64,000 nucleotides of DNA from Phoronis australis (GCA_002633005.1 NMRA01000129.1:152133-216132), one strand, 5' to 3'. Shown: positions 1-14,290, counted from the stretch's first letter. The notes: generated from the sequence alone by a model not told the origin. Numbers and translations are program-made.

Positions 1-3000
1 TTTTAGAAAAAAGATCGTGCTCTTGCTTTTGACTTCAGTTTTGGGCAGTATTTATCCTCATTCTGCACTGATTATGCACAAATATAATTACTAAGCTGCA
101 AATGATAGAAAATGTACCAAATATTGCTTCATCGCTCCTACAGGTACGCAGTATGAGCCAAGCTTAATTGACCTGAAATTTCTTAATCTTTATTTTTGTT
201 GATAACTGAAAAATAACATTTCAGTAGTCCATCATATTGTATGCTGAATAGGTGAAAATTATGGTATTTCTATTTTCAAAACATTGAGGTGTGTAGAAGG
301 AAGGATACAGTAAGTTCAAATCATTCACGGAGCATTGAGCGAAGCATTCTGCAGTGTCAAAAATAATGGTCCAACTTCAAAAGCTCACTGTCTTGTCCAA
401 AATGTTCAAAATTTCATCGCGTTTTGTTGATGACAGTCGCACCATATACTTCAGATAATCAATAACAGTTGTCTTCTTGTTTACTGTTGTTGAAAATTTT
501 GATAAAATAGAATTTTATTTTTAGACATAATGTGTTCTAATTTGAAGAAAATATTACTCTACTTGGCAAATGTGACATCGCGAGAGTTCTTCACAAAAAA
601 TGGATTGAAATGAAACTGTTTTGTAAAAACATGTTTTGGAAGTCATGAAAGGCTGTGAATTAAGAGAAATAAATAATGAGATTGGCAGTATTCTATTACT
701 AGTCATTTGTTATGTTGGCCAGACTAATTATTGTAATTAGACACAGGACAGATAATTGACATGTCGACATCAAATAACTACATAAGCAATTTGATATCGT
801 TCATGGCTTCCCCTGTGGTAGGTAGGTTGTGTTTGACATCAGCAAAATGTGAAATGAATTCCCGTCAATGCTATTCTAAGTTAAAGAGTTGAGTCCAGTC
901 TAAAGCATATTTGGGGCCCGGTAATTTTAGTTTTAGGGTATTCATCTGGGTAAAAGCCCACATTGCTTTCAAAATTTCACTTTTAAACGATCGTGCTCAT
1001 TATCTGTTTTTTGTATTGTTGGAATGGATCTTTCATTTTTCAATGACTTTTAACTTGGTGCACTTGATTGACTTCATCGGTTCCACAGCGTCAACTGGCT
1101 AAGACATGTTATTGGTTGTTGATGACGACTTCCGGCTTACAGACCAATCAGATGTTTTAGCTTCTTGACTTGGCAGAACCACCATAGTCAATCGAGTGTC
1201 GCCAGTTTTGTCATATCTGTCTGGGCGTCTGCTTGTAGAGTCTTAATGAGATTTGGCTTGTGTGCTCCTATGAAGCTGACGACAGATGACGATTTGTTTC
1301 ATACCACTCCGACTATCGCTGTGTCCCTGAGTGGCAGTTTTAGTTTTTTACTGTTGCCTCTGTATCTTCGTGATTTATTCAAATTTGCCAAATACCAGTA
1401 GGTTTTTATTAGAAGACAAGGATTCCTTACATTTTCGGTCGAGTTGACGATTCTGTAACACGTAGTAGCCATTTGTTAAATTTTCGAGTCCATTTTTTGC
1501 CGTCCGTCTTTTTATCTGACAAACCACCTGATGGATTATTGTGAAAATTGAAAGGTTTGTTTTTGATGAGGAGACTGCAGTTGACATTGATTTTCTGACG
1601 TATTCGACTACTCTGGCACCCCTTAATAGGGGCTTTGTTTCATTTTGCGACACGCAGGCTAACTGACTACCATGGTTCAAAAAGTTACTAAAACCAGTCA
1701 ACAGTTAAGACCTATTTTTGATGTTTTATTGTATTTCTTCTGATAAGCTAAATATTTTGAAAAAAAAAATCACCAGTTTTGATACTCATATCATGTTTAT
1801 AGCACTGGAGTTTTTAATGGTACAAACCCCCAAACTACTGTTGTCGCAGAATTGCGACCACGGCAGTAAGAGGGTTAAGAAAATTAAATTCAAAAACATG
1901 TTTTTCAATGCATACTCATGGCTTGACGATGACCTCAGATATTTTTTAATTTCCCCTATTCAAACATGCTCGGCACTAACCCAGTCTAGTACAGTAAAAT
2001 ATTAGAGCCCTAGATATTTTAGATGTCCAGCAATTTAAATGTCATCAATATTCAACACCATCACCCATCAAACTTACACAAGTACATCCAGCATCGCCCC
2101 TGTTGACTTTCCATGATAAGTACTGTATGTTGAGTGGTCTTGAACTTTGTTGATTGGGTTTCATAAAAGCATATTTTTATTAGATTAAACACTAGCGACA
2201 GCCGTACAGAATCCCGGCTTGTAATGCAAATGGAAATGTGCTGGTCTTGCTCTTGTCTGCCATTGAAATTTGTTTGCCTTACACAGTGGTCTCGAGATTT
2301 TTTGATCAAAGTATGTCTTTGACTTGTTGGTCATGCCCGGGTCGTAGGCTGTAAAATAATTTTGATGGTGTGTGTGAATTGTTGGGAATGAATTCCTTGT
2401 AATGTGAAAATTTGTGACAAAACTTGCCTGAAGTTCTGTTATATTTTGAGAATTCTTTTACAAAATACGGAGGTATGAAGATTTAGATAAGCCAAGTTGG
2501 CTGTAAGCGGCATGTAGGGTTAACAGACGGGTGGTGGTTCTTTTTTCTTAAACTGTAAAATAATTATGTAATTGCTCTTTACCACTGACAAATATTATGT
2601 CTCTCATGTGACAAAGGGAAGGTTGAAGTGACTTGCATGCAAAAAAGCTGTGACAATTGGGATTTATGTTTGATATTTTGAAAAAAAAATTAGATGTGAC
2701 TAATTTTGGCTTGCCATTCAATATGAATCCGTTGTATGCACTGGCTGCTATAACTTGTTACATCTAGGGTCAGGACATGTGAATCCTATTCCACTAAAAA
2801 CAAACACTTCTGCTTGATATTTAACGGCATATGCGAGACTATGGGTTTTGCAAAAAAATTTAAAGTGGCATTCTCGACCAAAAAAATAATTAGATGAAAT
2901 GAGTTGCAGCGTGGAAACGAACCTATTAACTTTAGCAGCCAAATGCTCTGCCGCTGAGCAAAATCCCTCGCATTAAATAGCAGAGTATCTTGGGGGCGTT

Positions 3001-4989
3001 TTCTCTTTGGTAAAGACTAGCCAAAATTTCAGCGAACGTCTGCCAGGCAATGACGAGAATTGGCAGTTTGTTATGAAATCACAAAAATAACGGATTTTGT
3101 TATTCTATAACCCTGGTCTTACCTAATAACTTCAAGAAGTTCATCCGATCCTACTATAGTCTCAAAAATCCATTTCATTTTTCAGATGTTAAACCAGTAA
3201 TATTCTTAAAGACAAATAGTGAAACCAGTCCCTGTGTGATCATACTTTTTGTCTCTGGTGAAAACACATATTTTATGGAAATTATTAGAGAAATTGCCAT
3301 ATGTGCCAGAATTCGTCCAAAACAAGTCCCTTGTCTGGCCTTAATTCAATTTTTTTCCAATAGGTACACATGGGCCTGGTTTATAATTCTTTTCATCAGA
3401 TTGTTCGATTTCCAACACTATGAATGTGCAAGATAAAAATTAACGAGAGCTTTGTTACAGATACAACAATGTTTATTTGTGCTTATTTATTTAAGGGTCA
3501 GCACCAAACTTTCATAATAATGACATACCGTAAGATCTCGCCATTTGATAGCAAATATTACCTTTTTCATTTTTCAAGAGGAAACACCGTTAATGCCCAC
3601 AATTTTTCAAAATATTGACTGGTGATAGCTAATGGTACCGAACTTGATGGAAACGTTTTAATTTGATAATACATTTTTTATGGAGAAAAGGCGAAATAAG
3701 ATTTTACTTTTATGCCGTATTCCGTCCTGAATTGTTTACCAAACTTTCTGTGCTGATTCGCCTGTGATTCTGTTGTAGGAGTCGCCTGCCTCATCTGTAC
3801 CTAGTACCCCAAATTTACCTCGACACGCCCCTCAGTTCCCGCAGTACGCCACCATTGGACACAGTGGAATCAAGAAATACGGACTGTGAGACGTATGTAC
3901 ATGTATCACTCTGGCTGTTAATGTATAGTGTCTAATAGTTGTCGTAAAAAGTTCCGTGCTCAAAGGGTCTTAAGGTTCTGCAGGACCTTGCTGACAATTC
4001 TGCTTTTAGCCAAATGTCTACATATACAAAACTGTAGAAATTGTAAGGGTATATGTTTTCTGAGTAGATAGCATGTAGACTTTTATTGTTAACTATACCA
4101 GTCTGTCATTAGTTGGGCCATGTTACCACGTCGTCGTTTAGTAAGATTAGTTAAATGGATGTACATTTTTGGCAAAACAATGGTGTTAATGAAATGATCA
4201 AATCGTTCAAGGTGAACAGTGGAACAGATCCTAACAGCGTTTTGGAGAACAGTGCGTAAAGCATAGTATCTGAAATTTCAGTTGAATCCAATATGGACAT
4301 TTTTCTTTGGTCCGACAAAACTTAATTCTGGTTGCAGTTGTAACGAAATTGTGAAGAGCATTGAAGACAGCGTGTCGGACTGGACTATTTTACGTGGAGG
4401 CAGATTCATTTCAAATGTAGAAATCCAGAGGGAGAAACACCCTTGTTTTTTTGTTTTTTTTTTTCGTGAAAAGGGTTTTCAATAGTTTTTTTTAGGTCAG
4501 TCGTAATGTTTATTGCAACTAGTTCTAAATGTCACCTGACTGGTAATAGACACGATTCTCTAGTATCAGTTACATTAAGAAGACCATCAGCCCAATTCAA
4601 ATCAGCTGACATTGCTCCCTAGACTCCAATTGACTTGTTTATACTTATCTCGCTTGTTTCCAGAGATCAATTGTGCGTAAATATCAACTCCATTGTGAGT
4701 TCACCCAAATGTTGCTAATGAGGTTGGTTCTGTTGATTTCTTCATCCACTGTGGGTTTGACGTAGATTCCGTGACTACGTGTATTAAGTAATTGGAAAAA
4801 ATGGTTGTTGTATTACCGGTATGTAATTTTACTAAATATAGTTTTTGTCAAAAAGAGACTGCCAAAGGGTGTAGCGAACTGGAGTTGGAGCCCACCCCTG
4901 CATCTGACGGCCAATTACATTTTCGGCAAAAATTCTTCTAATTCTTTAAGGTTATGTAGGACCCTAGAAATATTTCAATTCTGGCCAAC

Positions 4990-5260
4990 TTCAGAACATC
5001 ATTTTTTCACTTTTGCCAGAGGGACAATCAAAAAATAGGACATGTGTGACTTGTCAAAAAGCTAAAGTTGCATAAAACAAAAATGAAATGATAACTTAGA
5101 AAACTAGTAACGTTTTTCGATTTTATCTCGATCATTAATATCTTACGACAATTAGTCATGTAGTTAATCCTGTTGTTTTGCAAAGAATGCGCCTTTCTTT
5201 TTTTGCAAAATTTTATTGAAAAGCACAGTCACGTGACCTTGTTAATGGCAAACTGGTATA
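4990..5260. repeat. Old interspersed repeat fragment with an inverted diverged copy at ~54970-55200
   Basis: The reverse complement of 5150-5260 (ataccagtttgccattaacaaggtcacgtgac...) aligns by eye to gataccaatctgctgttaattggatcatgtgacc at ~54973. cacttttgccagaggg also matches the reverse complement of cccctcgtgcaaaagtgg. Confidence 0.5.
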
Positions 5261-6161
5261 AAAGTGGACTGACTAAATATGCGGACTAGTCAGTAAGGTC
5301 CTACGTGACATGAACTTGAACCCGCACAGAATAAATCATTTTTGTATTAAGCTTAACTAACTCTGGTCTCTACCCGACTAATTTTGAGACTTGCGCTCGT
5401 CAACTAAAAAATGCCGAGGTCTTGTGTTTTTGAAAAGCTGCCCGAGGGCACATAAGCAAGATTCCAAACGCCATGATTTGTTAAGCGATAAGCAAAAAAA
5501 ATAAAAGTCGAATCCCATATTATTTTTGTTCGTCAGTGGTGGATTTTTTTTTTTTTTTTTTGAGAAAATAATCTACTTATGCTAAATCTCGCCCCACCAA
5601 CACGATTTTCAAAAACATAATAAAAAATAAGTAGTGTTTTTGTCTAGTATGAGATTTTGAAAAGAGAAAATTTTTTGTTTGTTATGATAAGTATAGTTTG
5701 GTAGCAGCCCTTTGTTGACGCAAACTTTTTGGTTGAAAGCACGACAGTCACTGTACTTATTGTTAGACAGCTTATGCCTGTAATCCTTATACAATCTATC
5801 AGTTGTGAACCAAATCCCCACTAGACATAATGGCAAACAAGTTAAAATAGTTGCTACCTTTTGAGACCACATGTTTCATACTCTGGCACTTGGTAAAATG
5901 AGCGTGATGGAAACAAAATAAACGGTGAAGTAAACAGTGACATTAGGTAGAAGGGCATACAAGCAGAGAGTGTGAATGCAACACACACTAGGAAGCCCAC
6001 AAGCCTAACAGAACATAGCCAACGTAGCCACTGTTCTGTAAACACCTTTGAGCTGCTCATTCAGCATTATACCTTTTTCATGAGTGATCGTTAGAGACTA
6101 CAAAATCAACTGACACGTGTCATTTTCTACATAGAGAATAGTGGTATTGTCTTTTTTCCTT

Positions 6162-6547
6162 CTGGGATTTTCTGTAGATAAGCCCGTGGGCTTGTATTGG
6201 GAAAATGAAAATTTTCAGGTGTGTCAGTAACACAAATAAACGCCCGGGCGTTTATTCGGAAAGGTGAGGTGTGTAAACGGAAAGTCGTAACCTCGGCTGG
6301 TATGGAAATATCAGCGATTTTTTTGCATAAAACTGCTTTTTAATTTCTATGTTAATAAATGCATTGTTCACCAATAAATACTCCACAAAACTGATTTTGT
6401 GGCTAAAAGTTGACGCTTAGTGGGCTTTTAAGAGGAAATTTTCCGAATAAACGCCCCACTATCTGGACACTTGACACAAGAACTTGTAATACCAAATAAT
6501 CGCCCATGGGCATTTCATTGAGTGGGTTTATCTACGGAAAACCCCGG
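6162..6547. mobile_element. MITE with ~24-bp TIRs and internal aataaacgccc motifs (possibly Tc1/mariner-pogo type)
   Basis: Left end ctgggattttctgtagataagccc. Right end gggtttatctacggaaaaccccgg. Internal inverted gggcgtttattcggaaa / tttccgaataaacgccc. The superfamily assignment is an inference. Confidence 0.7.
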
Positions 6548-7079
6548 CAATTATTTTCAGGACATGTTGGTGGGAAAATGATCTTGAATGAACTCGCTGT
6601 ATGCCAGAAGATAGGGGATTATGTAGAGAGTGCGAGCGAGTATATATATGCTGTCAATCAAAATGTACAATTGTGACATTCAACTAAGTTTATTATGATT
6701 AAGAAATGTGTGATTTTGCATTGTGTTTCTTCCAGCACACACTAAAAAATATAACACATGTTGGCTACCAATCAAGGGAACGGTCAGTGCTTACCTGTCC
6801 GAAAAGTCTGGTACCCTCCCCCCTCTCATTTTACCTGGGTAATCCACATTCGTTATTGCCTCGTTCACTAATGCCAGTTCTGTTTGTTGCAGGTCCAGCT
6901 TGTTTGCTTTCTTATTCAGTACGTATACTGAAGTGCATGGTGCTTTGAAGGGTGCATTTACAGTAGTATTCAGCACACGTCGTTGGCATCCATTTATTGC
7001 CCAGGTGATTCAGATCCGCATTCAAGTCAGTTCCCGAACTCGGACCTCAAGTCAAATGCAAACTCCAGTGCATATATTT

Positions 7080-7434
7080 CAGAGAATGGGTTTCTTGTGA
7101 CATGTTGACATTATGTGACAAATTTTGCTTGCGGGAAATTCTGTGACAATTTTGATAATCCTACCATACGTGTATTGTAATCTGCTGAGCCAAGTAGGAT
7201 GCTAGTATTTTGTTGAGTTTATAGTCTGCAGCATCAAGTGGTGGTTCTTTTTTTCACAAAGTGTAATGTTATGGAATTCATCATTTTCACTAACAAATAT
7301 TGTGTCTCGCGTACATGACAAAACATGCAAAAATCACCAAAAAAGCTGTGACAATTGAGATTTCCATGTGACGTTTTGAAAATGTTGAGATGTTACAAAT
7401 TGTGGCTTGTCTTTAAACAGGAATCCATTCTCTG
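7080..7434. mobile_element. MITE with CAG-starting TIRs (hAT-like); older copy at ~2385-2735
   Basis: TIRs cagagaatgggtttcttgt ... acaggaatccattctctg. Internal blocks gtggtggttcttttttt and aaaaaagctgtgacaattg are shared with 2530-2660. No clean TSD. Confidence 0.7.
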
Positions 7435-8502
7435 ATGTTCTCTATTCACTTTAAGCAAGTGTTAAATTGATTTCAAGGGATTTCATTTATTTCTCCGCTG
7501 CTGTTTTTCAAATGCAGTATGGGACGGTTGTTAACTCTAAACATCCAGTGACATAAATGCATTGACTTTCAGTGTATCTTTATTAGAAAGATTCACGAGT
7601 TATGCGCCACCCAATCATGCTAAAGTTTCATAGATCCTAGAAACTCCGCAAGATATAGTCACCCAATACAAGCGAAGCAGGTGACTGCACGAGCTTTACT
7701 CAATGAATTCTTCTGTGCATGGAGTTCATACCATGGAGTGATGTCGGCGGATGTTCAAGAGCCAACAACCGTCGCACAGTGCATTTGACAAACGGCTCTC
7801 GGCACTGTTAGCGAGTAAGTTTTGCCATTGATGAAATCTCACAAGTTGGTTGTTGCAGTAGTATTTCAAAGTGTTTTCATTCGGAGTGGAGATTTCAGTG
7901 AGAGTAGTGTTTTTAGATTGAACACTGAATGTTCAAGCCCCCATTTCCTGTCTTATGTTGTTCGTACATCATCCTCAAATCATGATCGTCGACTTACGCA
8001 GAGTTACACAGATGTAAGAATCTCGCGAAGGAAGTCAGTGTAGCAACGTGCTTCGCTTGCAATGCTCGACAACATGTCGGAAAGTCTTGCGTTTATGTGA
8101 GGTTCTCGCGTCTACGAAACGCATGCCTGGTGACTTAATTTTCGTGGTCAATTTGACTTTGTTGATAGCTTTATGTTTTTTGTGCCCACTTTCATGTATT
8201 GATTCTGTTGTCTCTCTCATCACAAGAGGGAGCTTTAGTCACATTTATACGCACATATTTATGCTAATTACTTTTCAAATGATGTGATCAGGTTCCTTTA
8301 TTTTCGCTATTGGATCAGTCTTACGAGATCACTTTATGGAATTCGCCTGTGTTGTCAGGTAGCATGCTTAGTTCATCTCACATCATAAACACATTTTGAG
8401 TAGTTTAGGGATAACTCATAAATGAGTTGCTCCATCCGTGAGCACTGCTCCATCCGTGAGCACTGCCACTTCATGTAAAAAATCTATAATACCTCCGGTT
8501 TT

Positions 8503-8611
8503 GGGCAATAGTCTGGTATAATGTGTCGCATTTTGAGAACCAGCTGATGCCCGTTATTGAATGGAGAAAAATGGTTCTCAAAATGCGGCACGTTATTTCA
8601 GGCTATTACCC
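8503..8611. repeat. Short foldback: 40-bp inverted arms with a ~29-bp loop
   Basis: gggcaatagtctggtataatgtgtcgcattttgagaacca ... tggttctcaaaatgcggcacgttatttcaggctattaccc, with 34/40 positions complementary. Confidence 0.8.
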
Positions 8612-8675
8612 GGTTTCGTGTTACAGTGGGGAAAGGGGTGTGCCTGTGAACAGCGAAACAGTTTTTGTTATAGAT

Positions 8676-9025
8676 TTAAAAGGATACTAAACCCCGTTTT
8701 TGGTGATTTCAACCAGTCCTAATGCACCATTGGCGTCTTTAGTTGAGTCAGGATTCAACTAGAACACTTACTCTCTTCATCGCATTGGATATTATGGTTC
8801 TTGGCACACATAAATGGTCTCTCTTCACACTTGTCGTTTAACTTGCTTAAAGCGAAGGCACCGTTTGCTGGTTAAGGAGACTTTGTGAAGAGTTTTTTCA
8901 AATCCACTCCGAAGTTTTGCGGATTGACGTGCCTTACAGTGCAGGGTTTTGTTTTGGAGAGCTGGGTGGTAAAAAGATTAGTAATATCTGATAATAAGCC
9001 AAAACTATGTTTAGTATCCTTTTAA
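8676..9025. mobile_element. TTAA-flanked MITE (Kolobok-like), family A copy 1
   Basis: ttaa-aaggatactaaa ... tttagtatcctt-ttaa. The left end aaggatactaaaccccgtttttggtgatttcaacca recurs inverted at 26290-26332 and 50660-50703. Confidence 0.75.
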
Positions 9026-10637
9026 ACATTTCACTTTCAGAAAGTCATGGTGTCTGGTCATGTGACTGGAATGCTCGCTTCCCTCTTATGGAAGATGACA
9101 TAGCTGTGCTTTTGGGGAAAATCTCTCCTAATAGGATAGACAACCATTGTCAGTATCCTGGTGTCATGAATACGCTTCTTCTCAGGAGCTGCAACTCTGT
9201 TCTTAGGAATACAAATTGTTGACAGTTCCCTGTTGTAGTGTACAGATTTGATACATAGTGTCTAGCATGGGATAGACATGCACAAGGTTCTACCTGACAT
9301 GTCAACATTGAAATGAAAATTTGTTAATAAGAAGAAAAGAATTGAGTTCATAATAACTGTATTTTGGTTAATGAGAAAAAAACTACCAGTATATTTCGTA
9401 AGAAAATAATTGCGTTTAAGAGAAAAGAACTCCGCTAATGAAATCGGCCATAAAGGTCTACCTTGTCTGTATGACATTGCTTTTCTGGCAAAAGTGTCAC
9501 CCTCTTTAGTAGAAATACCACGTTATGCAGCCAGGTGGCAGCACCAGTCATCTCCCAGGTGACCAATCCAAGATGTCTTGCAAAAGCCATTGTTGTAGTT
9601 TTGCAATAGGTTGATACAGCAATGTATCCTGATTCCTTGTCATGACATGTGAAACTGCTTATTTCCTTATTTTCATCCCTAATACTAATAATATCTACTC
9701 AAGGCTCAAACCAGATGCAATTTCCTGTTGCAATATTACCTGGTAATATTCTAAATGAGTTTTGTCCACTGTTAATTGAAGTTTCCAGTGCACTTTTGTT
9801 GTTGAAAGTGATAAAGCCAAATCTATTTTGTAACACTTGTGTTAAACAGTCTGCTCTTTTGGAGTTGACTGATCGGTTTTATGTGGTACTCTACTCTCTT
9901 GGTATTATTCTCACTGGTATCCTGATTTGTTGCTGAGTATTAGGATAGGTTACATTGTCCCAAACAATAAGCTATTCTGACTGGAGTGCAGTTCAGCTGG
10001 ACACCTTGAAGTACAGGTTGTAGTCACGTTATTGAAGAATTGAATGGTGGGTCAACATTTGGTGTTTGGATTCTGACAAGAAATAGTGTATGGTTAGGTA
10101 TGACAAGGTTGTGAGAACCCCCCGAGATATAGTTAAAATTTTCAAACCGAACATTCTTGTCTAAAAACTAGGTTGACTACTATCAGCATATAATAAATGC
10201 TGGTGAGCTTTTATTTGTAATGAACCAAGTAGTTCGTGGGGGGTCCTGGTTGTTGTGTTTCATTTCTAAAGCAGTGTTGATTCCACGTTTTCTGTATGCT
10301 ATTGTTGCACGTCGGCTAACCTGTGGAATAAAATGTGTTGGACATCTTTCTGTTGAAGTGATAATTGAAATTGGATAGATTGCTATTACACATACAGTGT
10401 GGTTTGTGTTTTTTGATGGCTTTTAGAAACTGAAACTGCAGGCTGGCGTTCTGTCTTTGAATTCAGTCTGGGGTTTTAGTTCTCTCAAGTCCCCTAAACT
10501 TTGAAGAGTTTTAAATTGACTTTCATGCCACTAAAGTTATAGAATGTCTATGATGTCACACCAAGAGCTGTTTGAGTTTGCCCGAAAGTAGGCCCACGTG
10601 GGCGAAAATTCCCTGGGCTCGGTTAATGAACCTCCGT

Positions 10638-10870
10638 GGAGGCGGTATGGCGTGTTGTGTAGGTGTCTGCTTTTCTTTACTCGGGGTTGTGGATTCAAGT
10701 CCCACTGGTTCACACTGCTAAACCCTTGAACCAGGTTTCTAGCTCCTCTGCTCGGTTTAAGTAGATATTAATAAAGCATAAAATGGTTTCAGGTGATTAG
10801 TGCAATGGGCCCGCATGCGCTGCCTGCGTACATCTGGTACAACGTGTGTCGGACTGCTTGCAATTTTTTT
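10638..10870 (+). mobile_element. Degenerate tRNA-derived SINE
   Basis: A-box-like tggcgtgttgtgtagg and B-box-like ggattcaagtccc at tRNA spacing, followed by a non-tRNA body. The 3' boundary is approximate. Confidence 0.45.
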
Positions 10871-12159
10871 AATGAATCTCACCGTGGCAGTGCTTAGTCT
10901 CGGTATGTTCTCGAAATTTTTATTTGGCTAAAACTGAGTGGGAAACGAACAACGTCGTAGATCTTCTAGTTTATTGTCTCCCCCGCGATCTGGAATGTAT
11001 CGGCACGCGTCTTTCCGTCCGTGTTTTTGTGCTGAAAATAATACTTGGCATCTGTGCACACGTCGCCACTACATTTCTCGTTTGATTTCGACCAAACTTT
11101 CCGAAGCGCAACTTTAAGAAGTGCCGTAAGAGCGCATAGCGTCGGCGGTGCCTCATTAATGTCACGCCACGACCGTAATTCTTACTTGACTCTGAAATAT
11201 GGAACAAAACGTCAGAGTGGGAAACGACAGTCTGGCTGAATAACCTTGTGCACAGCGTCACACTCGAACTATATGTTACGTCGCTTTTCTGTGTGTCCCA
11301 AGCCTGTTAGCTTCGACAAAATGTTCTGAAAAGAAGGGCATGGACATTCTAAGAGGGCGTTTTTGCGACATGGAGAGTTCTCGGGCTGTAAGCTGGGTTG
11401 TATTAAATAACCGTATGCTGCTTGAGAAAACGCGTTCAATTATTTTTAACAAATATAGGGAATATCACTTACAATATATGCGAGTGCCTAACAACAAAAA
11501 AGCCAGTTGTTGGACCTATCGTAGACTAAATGTAGTTAATCCTTGGATGTACCTTCCAAATTTCCGCTACTTCATATAAATGCCAACTTTAAGCTTTTAA
11601 ATATGCATTTCGTCCTGTTTACTCTTTTACAACTGGTCTCGTGATATTCTGCTTCAACGGTGACTGGTTTTCTATTTCTGTATAAACGCATGTCAAAGGC
11701 AATGCGCCGATTGTTTCGATGTTGTTGATGACGGAACCCCATCTTGGTAAGGAAAATTATGAAACCGGCGATTTCATGAGAGTGATCGCCTAATTCGATT
11801 TTTGATTTCTGGACAGATAAAAGGGAGAAATAATTATAGCGCACGACTAGGTGTTGTATGAAAGACTGAGTATCACTGAGCGGATAGACTTCAGGAACTA
11901 GCCTTTGTTGCTTTTATTAGTGTTCGCTCTCTGAGACGGGAGAAAATGAAGCGGGGAACTAACAGTGAGTTAGCATTTAGTTTAATTAATTAAAAGTCTC
12001 CTATGGAAAAGTTGATTATCGCACTTTAAAAATACCTCAATCTCATTGTAATTGAACATGACATGTGCAAAAGCCACATCTTATTAATAAGTCATGAACG
12101 GTATGATTATTTACTTCGTAAGCCAACAGTGACGTGAATTATCTTAATTAGTCATGTCA

Positions 12160-12536
12160 GGGACCGGTGACTAATTTTTTTACTCGAAATGGAACTCGAA
12201 ATTTTATTTGATATTTTCTACTCTACTTTTGTGCGAACTCAAGATAAGTGTTTATTATTCTGTGCTCGAGTAAATAATGAATTACGTTCATAATTTTTAG
12301 TCCTTGTTTGCAATTGATAAACCCAACACTAAGGCTAAAATTTCGCGTTTAACTCGAAATTTCGAGTTTTTATTCGAGTTTGTCATCAAGTACAAACTTG
12401 GACTAGAAACCCATATGTATAAACTATAATGTACTCGAGCACAGTCTAGTAATAACCTATCTTGAGTTCGCACAAACGTAGCGGAGAAATTGCCAAAAAT
12501 CAAGTTCGTTTCTGGTACAAAGATTAGGCCCAGGTG
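12160..12536. mobile_element. Foldback MITE with long imperfect inverted arms
   Basis: tttgtgcgaactcaagataag / tatcttgagttcgcacaaa and ctgtgctcgagta / tactcgagcacag sit symmetrically about ~12345. Confidence 0.7.
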
Positions 12537-14290
12537 GGATTATTTTATGTCTTCCGTATTTAACCACATGCGGTATTTTCAAACGAAAAAAGGATGTCAT
12601 TGTCTTAAAGTATCTGTCCTCTAAAGTAATGCTAAGCGCTGCTTCTGTTGTTATTAATTGGACGTCATTTCATTTGCTACCTTTTATCTTAAGTTGTCTC
12701 TGAGCCGAATTATTCGTGAGCGGATGAGACGTTCTTTGACCGTCTTGGTGAGGCGAGTCGTGGACGAGACGGTGTCGCCGCCTGGTGACTGACAATATAG
12801 TCGCAAATCCTACTGTTTGTTACACGTTCATGTACGTTTCAGCTAAGGTTGTCAAGTTCTCTCTGATGGCGCAAAGCTTGAGTTATGTTTTTCACACCAA
12901 GCTACGTTCTGGCCGCATCGCATTTTACTTTCCGCAATAATTTGTTTTCAAAAAAACAGTCAAAGATGAACTCGCGTGCATCATTTTAATATACGGTACT
13001 ATAAGTCATGGGTTTCCGTCAAATTATATCGAGCAATACGCTGCAGCGGCAGGAAAAGCGCCCGCAGTACGAGTAACTTTCGTATAGACAGTGGTGATGC
13101 GTATAGAGGTCGACTACCAATGAAGAAGAGCCGGACGTGTTCAGAAACGGCAAATCCCAGCAGAAAAGTGAAGCCTGGCTTTATTGAATCAAACGTAAGT
13201 TTTAATTCACATCGGAAATAAAAAAAATCAAAGCAAAAGTATTAACTCCAAATACAGTGACATCGCTGTATTACAAGCCTCCTTCAATCGATTTCAGTTN
13301 TGCAATTGATAAACCCAACACTAAGGCTAAAATTTCGCGTTTAACTCGAAATTTCGAGTTTTTATTCGAGTTTGTCATCAAGTACAAACTTGGACTAGAA
13401 ACTCATATGCATAAACTATAATGTACTCGAGCACAGTCTAGTAATAACCTATCTTGAGTTCGCACAAACGTAGCGGAGAAATTGCCAAAAATCAAGTTCG
13501 TTTCTGGTACAAAGATTAGGCCCAGGTGGGATTACTTTATGCCTCCCGTATTTAATCACATGCGGTATTTTCAAACGAAAAAGGATGTCATTGTCTTAAA
13601 GTATCTGTCCTCTAAAGTAATGCTAAGCGCTGCTTCTGTTGTTAATAATTGGGCGTCATTTCATTTGCTACCCTTTATCTTAAGTTGTCTCTTAGCCGAA
13701 TTATTCGTGAGCGGATGAGACTTTCTTTGACCGTCTTGGTGAGGCGAGTCGTGGACGAGACGGTGTCGCCGCCTGGCGACTGACAATATAGTCGCAAATC
13801 CTACTGTTTGTTACACGTTCATGTACGTTTCAGCTAAGGTTGTCAAGTTCTCTCTGATGGCGCAAAGCTTGAGTTATGTTTTTTCACACCAAGCTACGTT
13901 CTGGCCGCGTCGCATTTTACTTTCCGCAATAATTTGTTTTCAAAAAACAGTCAAAGATGAACTCGCATGCATCATTTTAATATACGGTACTATAAGCCAT
14001 GGGTTTCCGTCAAATTATATCGAGCAATACGCTGCAGCGGCAGGAAAAGCGCCCGCAGTACGAGTAACTTTCGTATATACTGTGGTGATGCGTATAGAGG
14101 TCGACTACCAAATGAAGAAGAGCCGGACGTGTTAAGAAACGGCAAATCCCAGCAGAAAAGTGAAGCCTGGCTTTATTGAATTAAACGTAAGTTTTAATAC
14201 ACATCGGAAATAAAAAAATCAAAGCAAAAGTATTAACTCCAAATACAGTGACATCGCTGTATTACAAGCCTCCTTCAATCGATTTCAGTT
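12309..14290. repeat. ~990-bp tandem duplicate (12309-13299 / 13301-14290) joined at a single N; probable assembly artefact
   Basis: The N at 13300 lies exactly at the junction. The copies differ by about 25 substitutions and homopolymer indels, counted by eye. Confidence 0.9.

Noticed and set aside
1860-1878. piggyBac-like end (agagggttaa)
   Set aside because: No matching opposite terminus was found, so the element cannot be delimited.
9030-10560. Possible decayed retroelement coding sequence on the minus strand
   Set aside because: I could not recognise RT or endonuclease motifs in translation. A tBLASTx or HMM search is needed.
10969-11110. Helentron/DINE-like fragment (ttattgtctcccccgc...tccgtccgt...gatttcgaccaaactt)
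   Set aside because: The resemblance is from memory only and no terminal hairpin or second end was identified.
12976-14179. Apparently paralogous short ORFs (MHHFNIRYYK...)
   Set aside because: They arise from the N-joined duplicate, are frameshifted between copies and have no recognisable domain.
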